From Reclinomonas americana ATCC 50394 (Eukaryota), in NCBI GenBank assembly GCA_048213135.1, contig PS015079.1, positions 2,781-52,440 of the forward strand: DNA of 49,660 bases, read 5' to 3'. Below are positions 25,101 through 38,025 of this stretch, piece after piece. Every line of letters begins with the position of its first letter. The stretch's first letter is position 1. Below the pieces are notes generated by a model. That model was given only the letters and a program-made list of their open reading frames with translations. It was not told the DNA's origin and did not search any database. The translations under genes were made by a program, and so were the position numbers.

Positions 25101-28100
25101 TGAGTTTTACAGCGTGACGAGATAGACTGGCAGTCGATTCGCAACACGCAACCTGCTGAGCAAACACGACAGGCTCTCGCACAACAACGCCGAGGGCGAC
25201 CAGATGAGCAGTCGGCGCGAGATAAAGTACTCGGTGGAGGGCAGCGAGAAGCGATCGCCCGATTCGAAGCTGCTCGTGTCATCGGCAAATCCCAGTCCGA
25301 ACCCAGGCGCAAGGGGGTCACCGAGTGCTGCAAGACATGAGCAATGAAATGAATCAGTCGATCGGCGACATCACACGCCACGGGTGAACGCGCGCACCCA
25401 CAGAGTCAAGAGTGGGATTCGCGGATTCGTTCAGCACCACATAAAAGAAAAAGGTTGTGCCGGCGCCTTGCTCGCTCTCGAACCAGATGCGACCGTTCAT
25501 CATCTCGACCAGTCGTTTCGAAATCGCCAAGCCTGCATGCGAGCGGAAACGATCAGCAACATCGCTGGCCAACGACGCAGTTGCACTTGCGAGGCATGTG
25601 ATGCGCACCAAGTCCCGTTCCGCCGTACTTGCGAGTGATCGAGGCATCCAACTGGGAGAACGACTGGAATAACACGTTCCGCGCCTCCTGGTTCATGCCG
25701 ATACCCGTGTCGGCAATAGAAAACGAGATGGCGTGCTGATTCTCCGCCAGCGCGACCATGCTGCCGTTGAACAGCTGCGGGTGGAGTGATAATGATTAGT
25801 ACGCGCCTCGAGGGAAACCGACGAAGCTGGACGCACCGATCGCGAGACCCCGGAGCGGTCGCCAGTCGCCCAGCTGAGCGCAGCATACTGCAGTTCATCA
25901 AAGTCGTCTTGCGACACTCGACGACAGCGAAGCGACACGGAGCCTGTCAACACGCGTCACCATGATTATCAGTCTACGAGCGTGGAGGTACGAGGCCCGT
26001 TGGAGACAGCGACGCAACCATTGTCGGTGAACTTGATGGCATTGGAGAAGAGGTTGAGGAGGATCTGACGAATGCGCAGCTCGTCGCCGAGCAGCGACGG
26101 CGGAACGTTGGGATCTACCACCGCCGCGATCTCCAAGCTCTTCTGGATGGCATTCGGAGACACTACACAGTGGACAGGGTGGTGATGAGGAACAGTGAAA
26201 TGGGTCATGTTGGCAACACGCGCACGCACCAATCTCGACGGCAGACTCGGCACAGTCCCGAATGCTGACGCATTCAATGTTGAGGGCCATCTTGCCGGAC
26301 TCGATCTTGGAAAAGTCGAGAACTGCGTCCGTGNNNNNNNNNNNNNNNNNNNNNNNNNNNNNNNNNNNNNNNNNNNNNNNNNNNNNNNNNNNNNNNNNNN
26401 NNNNNNNNNNNNNNNNNNNNNNNNNNNNNNNNNNNNNNNNNNNNNNNNNNNNNNNNNNNNNNNNNNNNNNNNNNNNNNNNNNNNNNNNNNNNNNNNNNNN
26501 NNNNNNNNNNNNNNNNNNNNNNNNNNNNNNNNNNNNNNNNNNNNNNNNNNNNNNNNNNNNNNNNNNNNNNNNNNNNNNNNNNNNNNNNNNNNNNNNNNNN
26601 NNNNNNNNNNNNNNNNNNNNNNNNNNNNNNNNNNNNNNNNNNNNNNNNNNNNNNNNNNNNNNNNNNNNNNNNNNNNNNNNNNNNNNNNNNNNNNNNNNNN
26701 NNNNNNNNNNNNNNNNNNNNNNNNNNNNNNNNNNNNNNNNNNNNNNNNNNNNNNNNNNNNNNNNNNNNNNNNNNNNNNNNNNNNNNNNNNNNNNNNNNNN
26801 NNNNNNNNNNNNNNNNNNNNNNNNNTATGCCAACAGTGAGTCGTCATGAACGGCGGAGGATGCAGTGTGCAGCAGAGACAGCGCACCGTCCTGAATGAGA
26901 CCCAACAAAATGTTGCCGCCGAGGTTGATGGTATCCACACAGTCCTGCTGCATCGGCGTCAAGTCAGTCTCCATCAGCACATTGGCCATGCCGAGCACCG
27001 AGTTGAGTGGTGTGCGGATTTCTGCGACGAGCAGACAAGTCAACAAACTTTGCATGCGGCGTTTACAGACCACCGAAGCCTGCACGTACCGTGACTCATG
27101 TTGGACAGGAACTCACTCTTGGCCACATTGGCCTTCTCGGCCGCATACTTGGCCTCCTCCAGCTGCCGTTCGAATTCCTTGCGATCCGTAATGTCTGTCA
27201 TCACACACACGTACTGCGTCACGCCTTCGTCGCGACACGGACTGGTTCATGTGAACAAACAAAACAGGGTGGATCGGTAAGAGCTCTGTTGGCAAGTGTC
27301 TCACAAGCAGACATAAAAAAAACGCACGGCAGGCGGGTGACACTCCACATCCACGACTGGCCACCCATGGAGATCTCAATGGCGGTGGAGTTGGGTGAAT
27401 ACAATGCCTCGCTGAGCTTCTTCAACTCGCTGGGATCAATGTCGCGCTGCCGGAGAGCGGCCAGCAGACACTTGGCACGCGGCAGTGGCTGCATCGAATG
27501 GCAAGTTAGAAAGCAACGCAAATGTACAGGGCACAGCACCCTGCCGTCTGACTCACCGACAATGGGATTTGCGACATGGTGGCCTCCGAAGGGACCATGG
27601 TCGGAGTTTTCTCGTCAAACCACGGTGGTGATAGCAGAGCGCTGTGATGAGTGTGTGATTGGGAAAACTCTCGCACTCGAAAGGAGGAAGAAGAGATGCC
27701 ACCAACCGATAGCTGTGTCCGAGAATGCGCTCAGCTGTCTCGTTGACAAAGGCAACCGGATACTCGGGAGAGCGATCGTACTGCTCCACCACAAGAATGC
27801 CTTCTGATGAACTCTCCAGCGCCTGCTTCAGCAGTCTGCGACGGTTGTCAGCATGGCGGTGGCAGCTGTTGAGGAGGAGGAGAAACGCAACTGCAGCTTG
27901 TTCTCCACTGCCACGCGGTCGGTGACGTTGAGGAGTGCAATGCCGATTTGGTGAGGCGAGGTGAGCGGGAACACTCGCACGTGGTAGTGCTTCTTGCTCG
28001 GCAGCGTGATGCGCTGCAGCATCCACGCAGAGTTTGTCCGGATCGCTTGTATGCAGGCCTGCACCATGCCAGCTTCGTTCGCCAACGGTGCACAGGCCTG

Positions 28101-30119
28101 CAGGAACGGCAAGCCATCTTCCGACCACAACGCTGGAGGCAGAACAGGGTGAGATGGGGAAGGGAGACAGACAGGCGCCAGCACATACATACCGGCTGAC
28201 GAGTCGCGACCGAGCATCTCGCATGCAAGTGCGTTGGTTCCGTGGACCGTCGCAGCCTCCAGGAAGTGCTGTTCGCTCTCCTCCGCACCCGGCGGAACAT
28301 TTACCACCAGCACGCCGGCAAACAGATTACTAACAACCAGCAACAAGCGTCAGCACATTACCACACGCAGCGGACCTCATAAACACATATACGCACCTAA
28401 AGATATCCTGAAAAACGGAGAGCGTCGTTTGATCGTGCACACGATGCGTGATATCGGTGACCTCGAGCAGCACCGAGTGAATGACATCCGTCTGCGACCA
28501 CAGGTGTGAGCCAGAACGTGGCGAACGACCACAAGGACCTCGCTCTCGTAACTTGTTTTGACACGGGCGTCAACTTGAACTGACACTGCAGCACCGAGCT
28601 CGCATTGCCGACGCACGACACCTGTACCTCGGTGACACTCATGGTTTGCAAGCAGCGAACTACCGCGCTCACAGCCGCATCCTGATCGCTGGCGACCACC
28701 GTCGACACAAACAAATCTGTCGACGGTCGCAACAGCTCTCGGAAACCACAGCTGGAGGCCACCACGCGCAGGTTGTGTCGCGCATTGTCCATGTTCAACG
28801 ATGAGCGCTATCAGAGGGAAAGTGAGCGTTAGCATCTTTCACCAGCAGCAGGAGAACGAGAGCGAGGAACGCGCACCTGTCCGGACTGCAGCGACAGGGA
28901 GAGCATGGCGACTGGCATCTGGAAGTGCATCAACGTCTCCTCCATGGCCGACAGCTGTTGGCTTGTCGTAGTGAGTTGCGTGACGTCGTCCTCCTGAACG
29001 ACGACGACCATCGAGCCCTCGGCGGACGGATCGCGAATGCGGCGTGCCATGATGCTGTGGTATCTGTGTGTGTATTTTGAGGGGAGAGAGGTGAGGATTG
29101 GTTCCTGTGTGTGCTTGCAGGCTTGCTTACTGCTCACCGAATGTGGCCATTGGCACTGATCAACACACGCGGAAACTCCACAGTGTCACCCTCGAAGAAA
29201 GTGCGCTCGACAATGAGTTGCACCAGTGTGCGATCCACCACGTGAGCCATGAACTGCGAGCGCCAGTGGCTTGCATTGCGATCGCACTGTTGGTTGTGGT
29301 TATCGTAAGTTTCGGCAGCAAACAAGGGGCCACGCGGACGACTGAACTCTTGGGCAATCGCACGTCACGTTCTCGGACTCGGTGTTGGACGCCGTGCGGC
29401 GCACACACGACGACGACTGCGCGTGCGGGCCGTCGGCAGGACCGAGCACGTCGTAAATGGAGTCGAGACTCGTCACTCCATGCGACACCTCACAGTCGTG
29501 AAAGCACTTCATGGCCGAGTGATTGCGGGCGGCAATCTGACCCTCTGCAACGACTGGATGAGCACCACAGTGTGCAGCTTGCGTGGAGAGCGAACCCAAC
29601 ACACAAACCGTCCGTGTAAATCGTCACCATGGTGGTGATGAAACGGGAGGCCTCGGCCCATCGCACTAGCCTCTTGTGGTCTGTGGACTCGACACGCGGA
29701 ATGGCCTCGACAAACAGAAGCCGGCGACCGGTTCGGATCTCGAAACCAGTCATGGTGATCGAAGCCTGCACTGCCCGGCCCTGCAACGGAGAGACAGAGA
29801 AATAGACAATGTATGAGTGAACAGCGATCAACTTCAGAGAGAGAGAGAGAGTGAGACAGACCTTCGGATAAAAAGTCCACAACGCGTGGGAAGACGCCGC
29901 AGGATCGTGCACAGAACGCGTAATCACGTCTCGCACTTGCCAATCGGTTTCCGGTGTATTGTCGCTGAAATCGCGCGCGCGGAACTCCTCCAGCGACTCC
30001 GATCTCCAGAACGCCAACGCCGGCTGTAATTATTGTTTATTGGTGACGGTGACCAATGGGGAGAAACCAGGCGACGGATTTAGCGAAAACATTGCGGGTA
30101 GGAGGAATGGCAATAGAAC

Positions 30120-30159
<40 letters not shown>

Positions 30160-30817
30160 GAGTGTGCACGAGACGAAGTGTGACTGCTCACAAGTCAATG
30201 ACTAACGACAAGGGTATTCGCCAAAGATTCCCATTCTCGCACACCCATTTGCACACACATTCTCCCGCACATCCTCGCATTCTGTCACAAGCTCTCTGCG
30301 TGTGTGTCTCGCGTGTCATGGTCTCACACTCACACACACTCTCCCAAAACACAGTTACTATTCAACAACGTTCGCGCGCGTAGTTGCCAAACTCGGCGCA
30401 CATATCAGAAAAAGTGCACAGAGTCTCTCTCTCTCTCACACACACACACGCCCTCATACACGCGCAGTACTCCTTTTTCTCATACACACACATCGTCAAG
30501 AAAACAGCACGAAAAACCACATTCCTGTTGTCATGACAAACACTTCTCTCACTCTCACTCTCTCTCTCACACACACGCGCACTGACCTTGTTTGCCCATC
30601 GCATCCTCTGCTGATGCACATCAAAGAGCCAACACGGTGTCTGGAGGCGCTCATAAGGCGCCATCAGTGCGTCGTCCAAGTCAGAGTCATCGCGAGGCAT
30701 ACGCAAAGGCCACTCTGTTGTCACAGTCGCCGATGCCACTGAGGAGGAAGGCGAGGAGGAGGCAGAGGAGGCGCCTCCACATGAACTGACAGTGGAGTCC
30801 TCTGACGGAGAGTGCAT
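22190..30817 (-). CDS. Soluble multi-PAS hybrid sensor histidine kinase (PAS-like domains, HisKA, HATPase, degenerate REC, REC)
   Basis: H-box [33 protein letters not shown]-box [22 protein letters not shown]1/F/G2 [41 protein letters not shown], and receiver ILVVEDN...[15 protein letters not shown]...GLTADA...[16 protein letters not shown] ends EVTDIT, NVTDR and TDITDRK. Two N gaps lie inside the gene. Confidence 0.95.
23527..23740. other. Assembly gap (N) within the histidine kinase linker
   Basis: Run of N. Confidence 1.
26334..26825. other. Assembly gap (N) within a histidine kinase intron (IQD|VLDFSK joins in frame across it)
   Basis: Run of N flanked by a GT donor and a CAG acceptor. 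Confidence 1.
30126..30155. repeat. (GA)n microsatellite in the long first intron of the histidine kinase
   Basis: Direct reading; the intron is about 30025-30586 and also has CA/CT runs. Confidence 0.9.
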
Positions 30818-30891
30818 CCTCTCTCACGTGCACACACACAATTGTCGTTTACGCCTTGCCAATCAATGGAATTGCCTGTCCGCCACAGCTT

Positions 30892-32060
30892 TTAGAAGAA
30901 AGGCAGCGACGGAATACAGAACGGCGTGCGGCGTATGTAGGCCTCGACCGCAGCGCGGCGCTCTGGACGGGCGAGCATTCGATCGTCGACCATGCGCATG
31001 ACAACCACCAGGCAAATCGTGTTGAAGAGGGTGCCGGCAATGCACCAGTACCACGGCAGCGCGCCAAGACGCACCGCAAAGAGCGCCAGGCCCCACCAGA
31101 AGAGCTGCTCGCCAAAGTGATTCGGATGCCGCGAGTACCGCCACAGGCCCGTGTCCAGCACTGGCACCTTGCCTGTATGCCAATCAGTAAGTAAGCAGCG
31201 AGACAACCCCGCGTGGATAACGCGAGACGGAACTATGACCGGCGGCCTCTCGCGCCTCATTGGCACGGATGAAATCGTGCAGCTGCGTGTCGGCAAAGTA
31301 CGCAGTGACCACACCGGCGACACACGCCACCGTGGCCAGCACATCAATCATGTCCCACGCAGGTGCCCGGGTCGCAAAGTTGACGGCGTACAGCGGCACT
31401 GTGATGCCCACCAGCATCAGCTGCTGCGAGAGGTACGCAATCGGCAGCTGCGCGATCCACCACCAGCGCCCGAGCTTCTGGCGGTACTCGGTGAAACGCC
31501 AGTCCTCGCGCGCGCCAAAGTTCCACTCCTCGCGACGGAAGTAGTTGTGCGTGAGGCGCACCGCCCAGAACCACGTCAGCACCAGTGTCACGAAGGAGCG
31601 CAGGCCCGAGGCGTCGGAGGCGTCGGGGTGAGCAGCGTAGAAATGCGCAATGAGAACCGGGATGAAGGTCCAGTAGGGATCAATCAACCTGCATGCACAC
31701 GCGAGTGAGCGCGAGAGTGAGCATGCACTGCTTGACGAGAGAGAGAGAGAGAGAGAGCAGCGTGTGTGCGCACCAGGTCGAGTCTTGCGCCAGCGAGAGC
31801 AGCCAGAAGCCAATGCACACAAAGACGAAAAAGTACACGTTGACGGCGACCAGCGGGTTCCATTGGCGTGCGGTGAGCAGCGCCCAGTCGAGCAGCGAGT
31901 CGGCGGAGGAGGCAGCGGCGGCTGTGGCAAAGGAGGCACGCACAAAGAACACCACTGGCACCGCCACCGCCACCATCAACACGGCGTTGAGCAGGTTGGC
32001 CTGTGCGGTGTGGCCGTGGCGCTCGGCCAGCGAGGGCCGCTTTGCTGCGAGGTCGGGCAT
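30892..32060 (-). CDS. DUF1295 / steroid 5-alpha-reductase-like membrane protein
   Basis: IDPYWTFIP, WAVRLTHNYFRREEWNFGAREDWRF, AYFADTQLHDF and GKVPVLDTGLWRYSRHPNHFGEQLFWWGL; multiple TM segments; two introns. Confidence 0.93.
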
Positions 32061-32266
32061 GGAGAGCGCGCGGAGTGATGCACAGTCTACAAATTGCAGC
32101 TCTTTCCTCCCGCGCTGTTTCGACGTTTCTCGTCAAAAATGGCAACCGGCGTTGGCGTCGTTCACCATCTTTCTCACATCGCGATACTGCTGCTCGCTCT
32201 ATCTCGCGGTGCGCGCGCACAGTGTCTTTTTGTTTGCACACGCATTGGTGAGCGAGTGAGCAACCA
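32061..32266. promoter_or_regulatory. Probable bidirectional promoter (206 nt between divergent ATGs)
   Basis: The DUF1295 ATG (32060, -) and the surface-protein ATG (32267, +) diverge. An ATTGG (CCAAT-box complement) lies near 32244. This call is positional inference only. Confidence 0.45.
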
Positions 32267-35200
32267 ATGATGACGATCGCCTCGAGATGGGCGGTGTTGC
32301 TGGTGACGGTGTGCTTGCTGGTGGCTCCCGGTTCGTACACCTGCGCTATTCAGAGAGCGAGAGATACGAGGCTGTGGCTAAACGCAACCTTCCCCGCAGC
32401 CACGTGCTCCGCCAGCGACGTTGTGTGGGATACTGTGGGCGGCGACGTGGCTTCCGAGTCGTGGGCCTCACTCGTCACCGTGTCGGTGGCCTCTGGCGCT
32501 GCTCCGCTGCCGCTGCTGACACTCTCGCTCCTGACGAATCCCTCGCCCACCGTGTGTGTGAGTGACGCGCGTGAGGCGTCCAGCAAGCCGTTTCTCACGT
32601 GGATTCTCGATTCGTGGGATGTGCGGTTGTGGAGCGGCGTCAATACGCTGGGTGCTCTCCAGTTGCGCTGGGACTGGGAGCGACTGTGCTTCTGTTGCGT
32701 TCTCCTCCACGTCTCGTGCACGCCATCCAGCATACCAACTCTCGTGCGGCTGGCAGACTCGCTGGTCAATGTGGTGCAGGCGTCGGCGCTGCAGCCGTCC
32801 CCCTGTTTGACCGCAATGACCATTGCGCCGGCGGTGACTTGCACGACGGCCGGCATTCCTCTGCCCATGCAGCTGTCTACCACTGTGCGTATGTCACTGT
32901 GTTCGAGGCTGCCGCTGGCCACTCACCACCGAGGTGATTTCACAGAGCACCTCCACTCTCCAGTGGGCGACTGAAATCAACGCGCGCAGTGCTGCGGTGG
33001 CCACGGGCTGGCGGCAGAGAGCGCGCCTCTTTGCCAATGCGCGAGCGATCGGGACGCAGCTGCAGGCGGTGATCGACTCGTCGGCAGCGACTGTTGTCCA
33101 AGGTACAGCAAGGTATTCGCACAGGTCACACATTTCCGTGAATGACCATGGTCTCGCGCAGCGTCGCAGACCTCGGCCGACACGCAGCGCTTTGCGCGCT
33201 ACAACACGTACGTCACTGGACTGTTGCCGACACACAGTGCCGCAGTCAGTGCGCTGTTGCTCCGAGTGCGTGACGACCTGCTCACTCCGTTCTCCGCCAA
33301 CTCGATCCCAGCCGCCTCGGTGAGTGTGCATGCAGTGTGAGTACAGTACGCTTCGCGTGACACTCTTTCGCCTGCCAGAGTGTGATCGGCGCAGTGAGCT
33401 CCATCAGTGGTGCCACAGCGACCGCGGTGGCCAGTGCACGTCTGGCGGCCATGGCCGCTGCAGTCATCACGGTCAACAATTACCAGACCCAGATCACTGC
33501 GCGTGAGTACTCTTCTCTCTTTGCTCCCCATCTCTCTCACTCACTCACTGTCGCACAGCGGCGACTCGCGCACAACTCGACTCCGCCGTGGCGACTCTCG
33601 CCTCCAACTTTGACAGCACGACCACCACACTGCTGACGGCGTACTGCACGACGTTTTTCACCGTGTTCGACGCCAATACTGGCAGCGATGCAAAACTGAT
33701 GCAAAGGTCTGTTCCCAAACCCGCACTGACGCGGTGAAAGGCCTTCGAGTCACATTTGCATGTGCGCATATGTGTACAGCGAGCTGGAGGACGTGTTGAT
33801 GGTGGTCAGTATTTCACTCGAGATACGGCGGGCGCTGGCGGAGACATTTCGCTTCTTGATCGATGCGCTGCAGCAAAAAGGTTTGCGGAACACTGCGGAG
33901 ATCGCTGCTGCACATTACTGCGCCTAACACACGTTACTCGTAAACAAGTGTTGTTTGACGGCACGCAGGCGCTCGGTTCCATCGCACAGCGCAATGCATT
34001 GACAGCCGTAAATCAACAAATGGAGACGTTTCTCACCGGTCGCACTTCGTCGCGAGCGACCATCAAAACACGCGTCGCACAAGTTGCCTCGCGTCTGGCC
34101 GATCGCATTGCCTCCATTGTGGCGGCCTCTGGTGGCACCTACACCGACACGGCAGGCGCCTTTGCAGTCTCCTCGCGTCGCAATGTGTCACGACTCGCCA
34201 TGCTGCACACGTGCTGGCAACAGAAGCTCGCCGAAGTCATTGCGGTGCGCGTTCCATCCTCGACGAATCGCTGTGCTATCATTGGTTAGCCCTCACACTG
34301 GCTGCATGCAGTGGCTCGACCTCACACGCGCAGCGGCGCCGACAGGCCTCATGCTGTGTCGCGATCTCGCCACGCGTGTGGCCGACTTGCAAGTGGAGCT
34401 GTTTGGAGACTCGCTGCTGGGCCACGCGACGGCCGCCGTCGGTAAGTGGGCTTGTCCGGTCCACGCACGCAGTACCACGTGTGTGCTGACGCCCTGCGTG
34501 CCGCCACAGACTCGCGACCTGAAGCACGCAGTGCACTGGTGTTTTCGTCCCGCCTCAACGTCGTCACCGACAGTGCCATGAATGTCAACGACGCCCAACG
34601 CACCAGCAGTCGAGCCGCGGACTCGGATCGGTTCCTCCGCTTTGCTGGACTGTCGATTAGCTGCGTTGCTGCGGATCTGTGCGGCATGGTTGTTGTTGCT
34701 GGCTGCTGACACTGGGTGTGCGTGCAGACAGCGCAATGTTCGACGTGCCAGTCCACGATCGCAGAACGGCCACGACTGCCACCACAACGATCCGCATCGA
34801 CAGGCCGTGGATTCGGTCGCGCACTGCAGTGGCGACAATAACGACTCCGTCAGCGCTGCCCACTGCAGTGCTGCATCCGACCGTCGACTCCATGTGCATT
34901 GTTTTCAATTGTGGAATCGATGCGATATGCACGGTGACGAATGGTGTGGCAAACTATGTACCGGTGCAGGCAGGGCAGTACTCACCAGCCAACGACTGCT
35001 CTGCATACCCCTGCACGCCACCGGCGCAGCCGCAGAACAACTATGTGTTGCGTGCAACACACGTCAAGTCTCTCTGGAGAAAACTGCTGCTGATATTTTG
35101 TAACATGCACAGATTCTACGGCACTGGAAAGGGCACTGCGAATGGATGCCCATGGGTGTGCAAGCTGGCTGGATACTTTCGTGTCGGGAACTCCTGTCTC

Positions 35201-37987
35201 CAGACGGCACCGGGATCATGGAGTCCTGCATACGACAACTTGGCGTACGAATGGTTTCATGGTGTTCGCGATCTCCGATTTTCACTTGCTTCACTCATTC
35301 CTTCTCGCGCACAGCACCAACATGACGTCGGATACCAGTGTGGGTTCGTACACGGCCACTGGTTGGGGCGACGCCAACTGCCCGTTCCTGTGCACCGCTG
35401 TCGACTATTACAACTCGGTATCTCGGACGATATGAATTTCGAACCACTGCAGACAACTGACCCCTCTCCGCTGCTGATGCAGGGCACGTCGTGCGATCCC
35501 GTCGGCCGCGGCTACTACTCACCAGCCAACAACAACAGTCGCTTCCCGTGCACACCACCCGGTGGCGCCACTCTGCCGGCGTACCTGCAGACGTTTGTCG
35601 GATCTGGCGGCGGCATGGACAACTGTCCGTCGGCGTCGCCGTTCCAACTGTTTGCGCCACTGAGCCCACAGGTAAACACATTGACAAGCACCCACCTTTG
35701 CTGTCCTCTCACCACCGCCTGTCAACTTGCGTGTAGTGCAATGTCCCTTCGTGCGCCCTGGCCAACTTGTCCAACCAATCGATCACCGTGGAGGCATGGT
35801 TTCGCCCGTCGAGTGCTGTCGCCAATGATCTCGTTCTCGTCGCCTTGTTGCGTCGTCTTCACCCACACATACATACACACTCTCTCTTATGGCGCACCAC
35901 ACAGCTTTCCGTACTGGAGTGTGCGCGTGCAACAGAATGCCTCGAATCAACTGCGAATCGCCTGGCAGAGTGCGTGGCTCACCGGCGGCACTGTGTGGAC
36001 CACGTGGCGATCGTATGCGGTATGCCACTGCTTTCACCCACCTCATCTCACTGTCTGTGCCTCACAACGAGTTGGGGGGCAGGCGACGCAGTGGAATCAT
36101 GTGTTTCTCCGATGTCGCGTCGTGGACACCACAGTGTCGTGCGACTGCCGACTGAATGCCGGTGCGGTGGATGTGGTCACGGGCACGTGGAATGCACAGC
36201 TGGCCGTCTCCACGCTGTTCACTGCCGATGTGACAGCCGTGGGTGCAGGATTCGCGGTCGGTGGCACCAATGTTGCGGAGGCGGCTCCCTTGTCTCTCAC
36301 TCTCTTGGTGCCTGCCTGACATTCGAGCACTTCGCAGATGTTCACCTCGCTGGCGGCGTTCTCACCCGCTCAGTTCTTTGTGGGCGACATTGACGAGGTG
36401 CGGGTGTACGCGGGCACAGTGCGCTGGTTGTCGAGTGGCCTTGCCTTTCGACCATTCGTGCAGCCTGGTGTCAGGTACGCACCCACAGGCGTAAGTGCAC
36501 AGTGTTGTGTGTGTCTCACCGTCGGTCTCCTCCATGATCAACCAGCTCGTGCGACACGCGTCTGGGAGAGACCACCGTGGTGCCGGCTGGCGGCTCCTCC
36601 ACCTGTGTGCCGGTGTGTCGCGCGGATCAGGTGCGCGACGCCAACACACAGCAGTGCCAGTGCGCTCCCGGCTCCGAGGAGTGCGCCGCCATGGGCATCT
36701 GCGTGCCGTTCTGCGGACCTGGCATGGTGCGCGACGCCAACTGCCTGTGCGCGTGCGGACCACTGTTCTATCAAGTGTGGCGTGCGGCGTCACTGGTGGT
36801 CACATCGGCGGTGCCGGACTCGGCCGATTTTGCCAAGAATTGTTGGGGTTGCTCGTCGGGCTCCGTGGCCCTGGCCGAGGTGCAAGTACGCGACGACTCG
36901 CTCAGCCTGTGCGTCGATTCACTGTGCATGTGTGTGTGTGTGTATGTGTCGCTCACGATATCGATACCACAGTGTCCCGATTGCGTCGTGTGTGGAGAAC
37001 GAGTCGGTGGCGCTGCCGAGCACGTGCAGCAAGTTGTTTGACGGACGCACAGGATCCGCGCTCTCCGTGGGTAAGACTCTTTTTCTCATCCATCTCCTCT
37101 CTACTCTTTCTCCCCCTCGCTTCCACTCATCCTCCGTCATGCAGACAACTTTCTCAGCCGCAACGCCGGCTTTTTCCGAGTGGAGCTCAAGTTTGCCAGC
37201 ACCGTGAGCATCACTTCGGTGACCGTCTACAACATGCCATCCACGATGTCGGCAGCACGCGGCGTACGTGTGTACGCCGTGACTGCCGATGGCACGCAAG
37301 TGGAGATCACGCGGCCACTGGCCGCCGATGCCAAGTACCCCAGTACCTCCACGTCGGTGACACTGACCGCCGGTCTGGAGCTGCCGCAGAGCGGCACCAC
37401 CCCCGCCGTGCTGCGCGACCGACAGCACACGGGCGCGACCACGCTCGCTCCCGTGCTGGCGTGCGCCGCGTGTGGCGTTGGTTCGTCGGGCAGTGTGGAG
37501 CCGCGAGCGCGTGTGAGCGACTGTGCGTGCCTCGACGAGTTGAGTGAGAGACGAATCAGTGGGCGCAGAGCCGTAATGTTGTTGTCGTTTGTGTTGACTC
37601 TTGCCGTGCAGGTACCGTCGCGACTCGGACGACTCCTGCTTTCTCCTCGGTGATGCTCATTCGCCCCCGTTGCTCTCGCTGGCGGCTGGCGATGTTCCAG
37701 TGGGTAGTGTTGTGACTGCTCGTGTGCCGTCGATGCTGTCCGGCACGCCAATCATCCGCTACACTCTGGACGGCACCACTCCCGACGACACCGCCACCGT
37801 ATTCCCGAACTCTCTCACCCTCTCACAACCGCGCACTGTGTACTTGCTGTCGGCGCGCACTTTCGATGCTCGCCGGCAAACCTCGACAACCACCGTGGCT
37901 CGCTACGTGACCAAGGAGACACTGCAGTCGGCCACCCTGTCGCCCGCTGAAAGCTCACTCAAGTTGCGCTGATTCGTGTGTGTTTCC

Positions 37988-38025
<38 letters not shown>

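Noticed and set aside
22190-30817. Bacterial contamination or a recent insertion suggested by the two-component kinase
   Set aside because: The gene has many spliceosomal introns of the same style as its neighbours.
1365-32060. Stop-codon reassignment or non-GT-AG introns to explain broken ORFs
   Set aside because: Every conserved junction I checked (DEPDC5, SGPL1, SNX, HK, DUF1295) is restored with standard GT-AG introns and the standard code.
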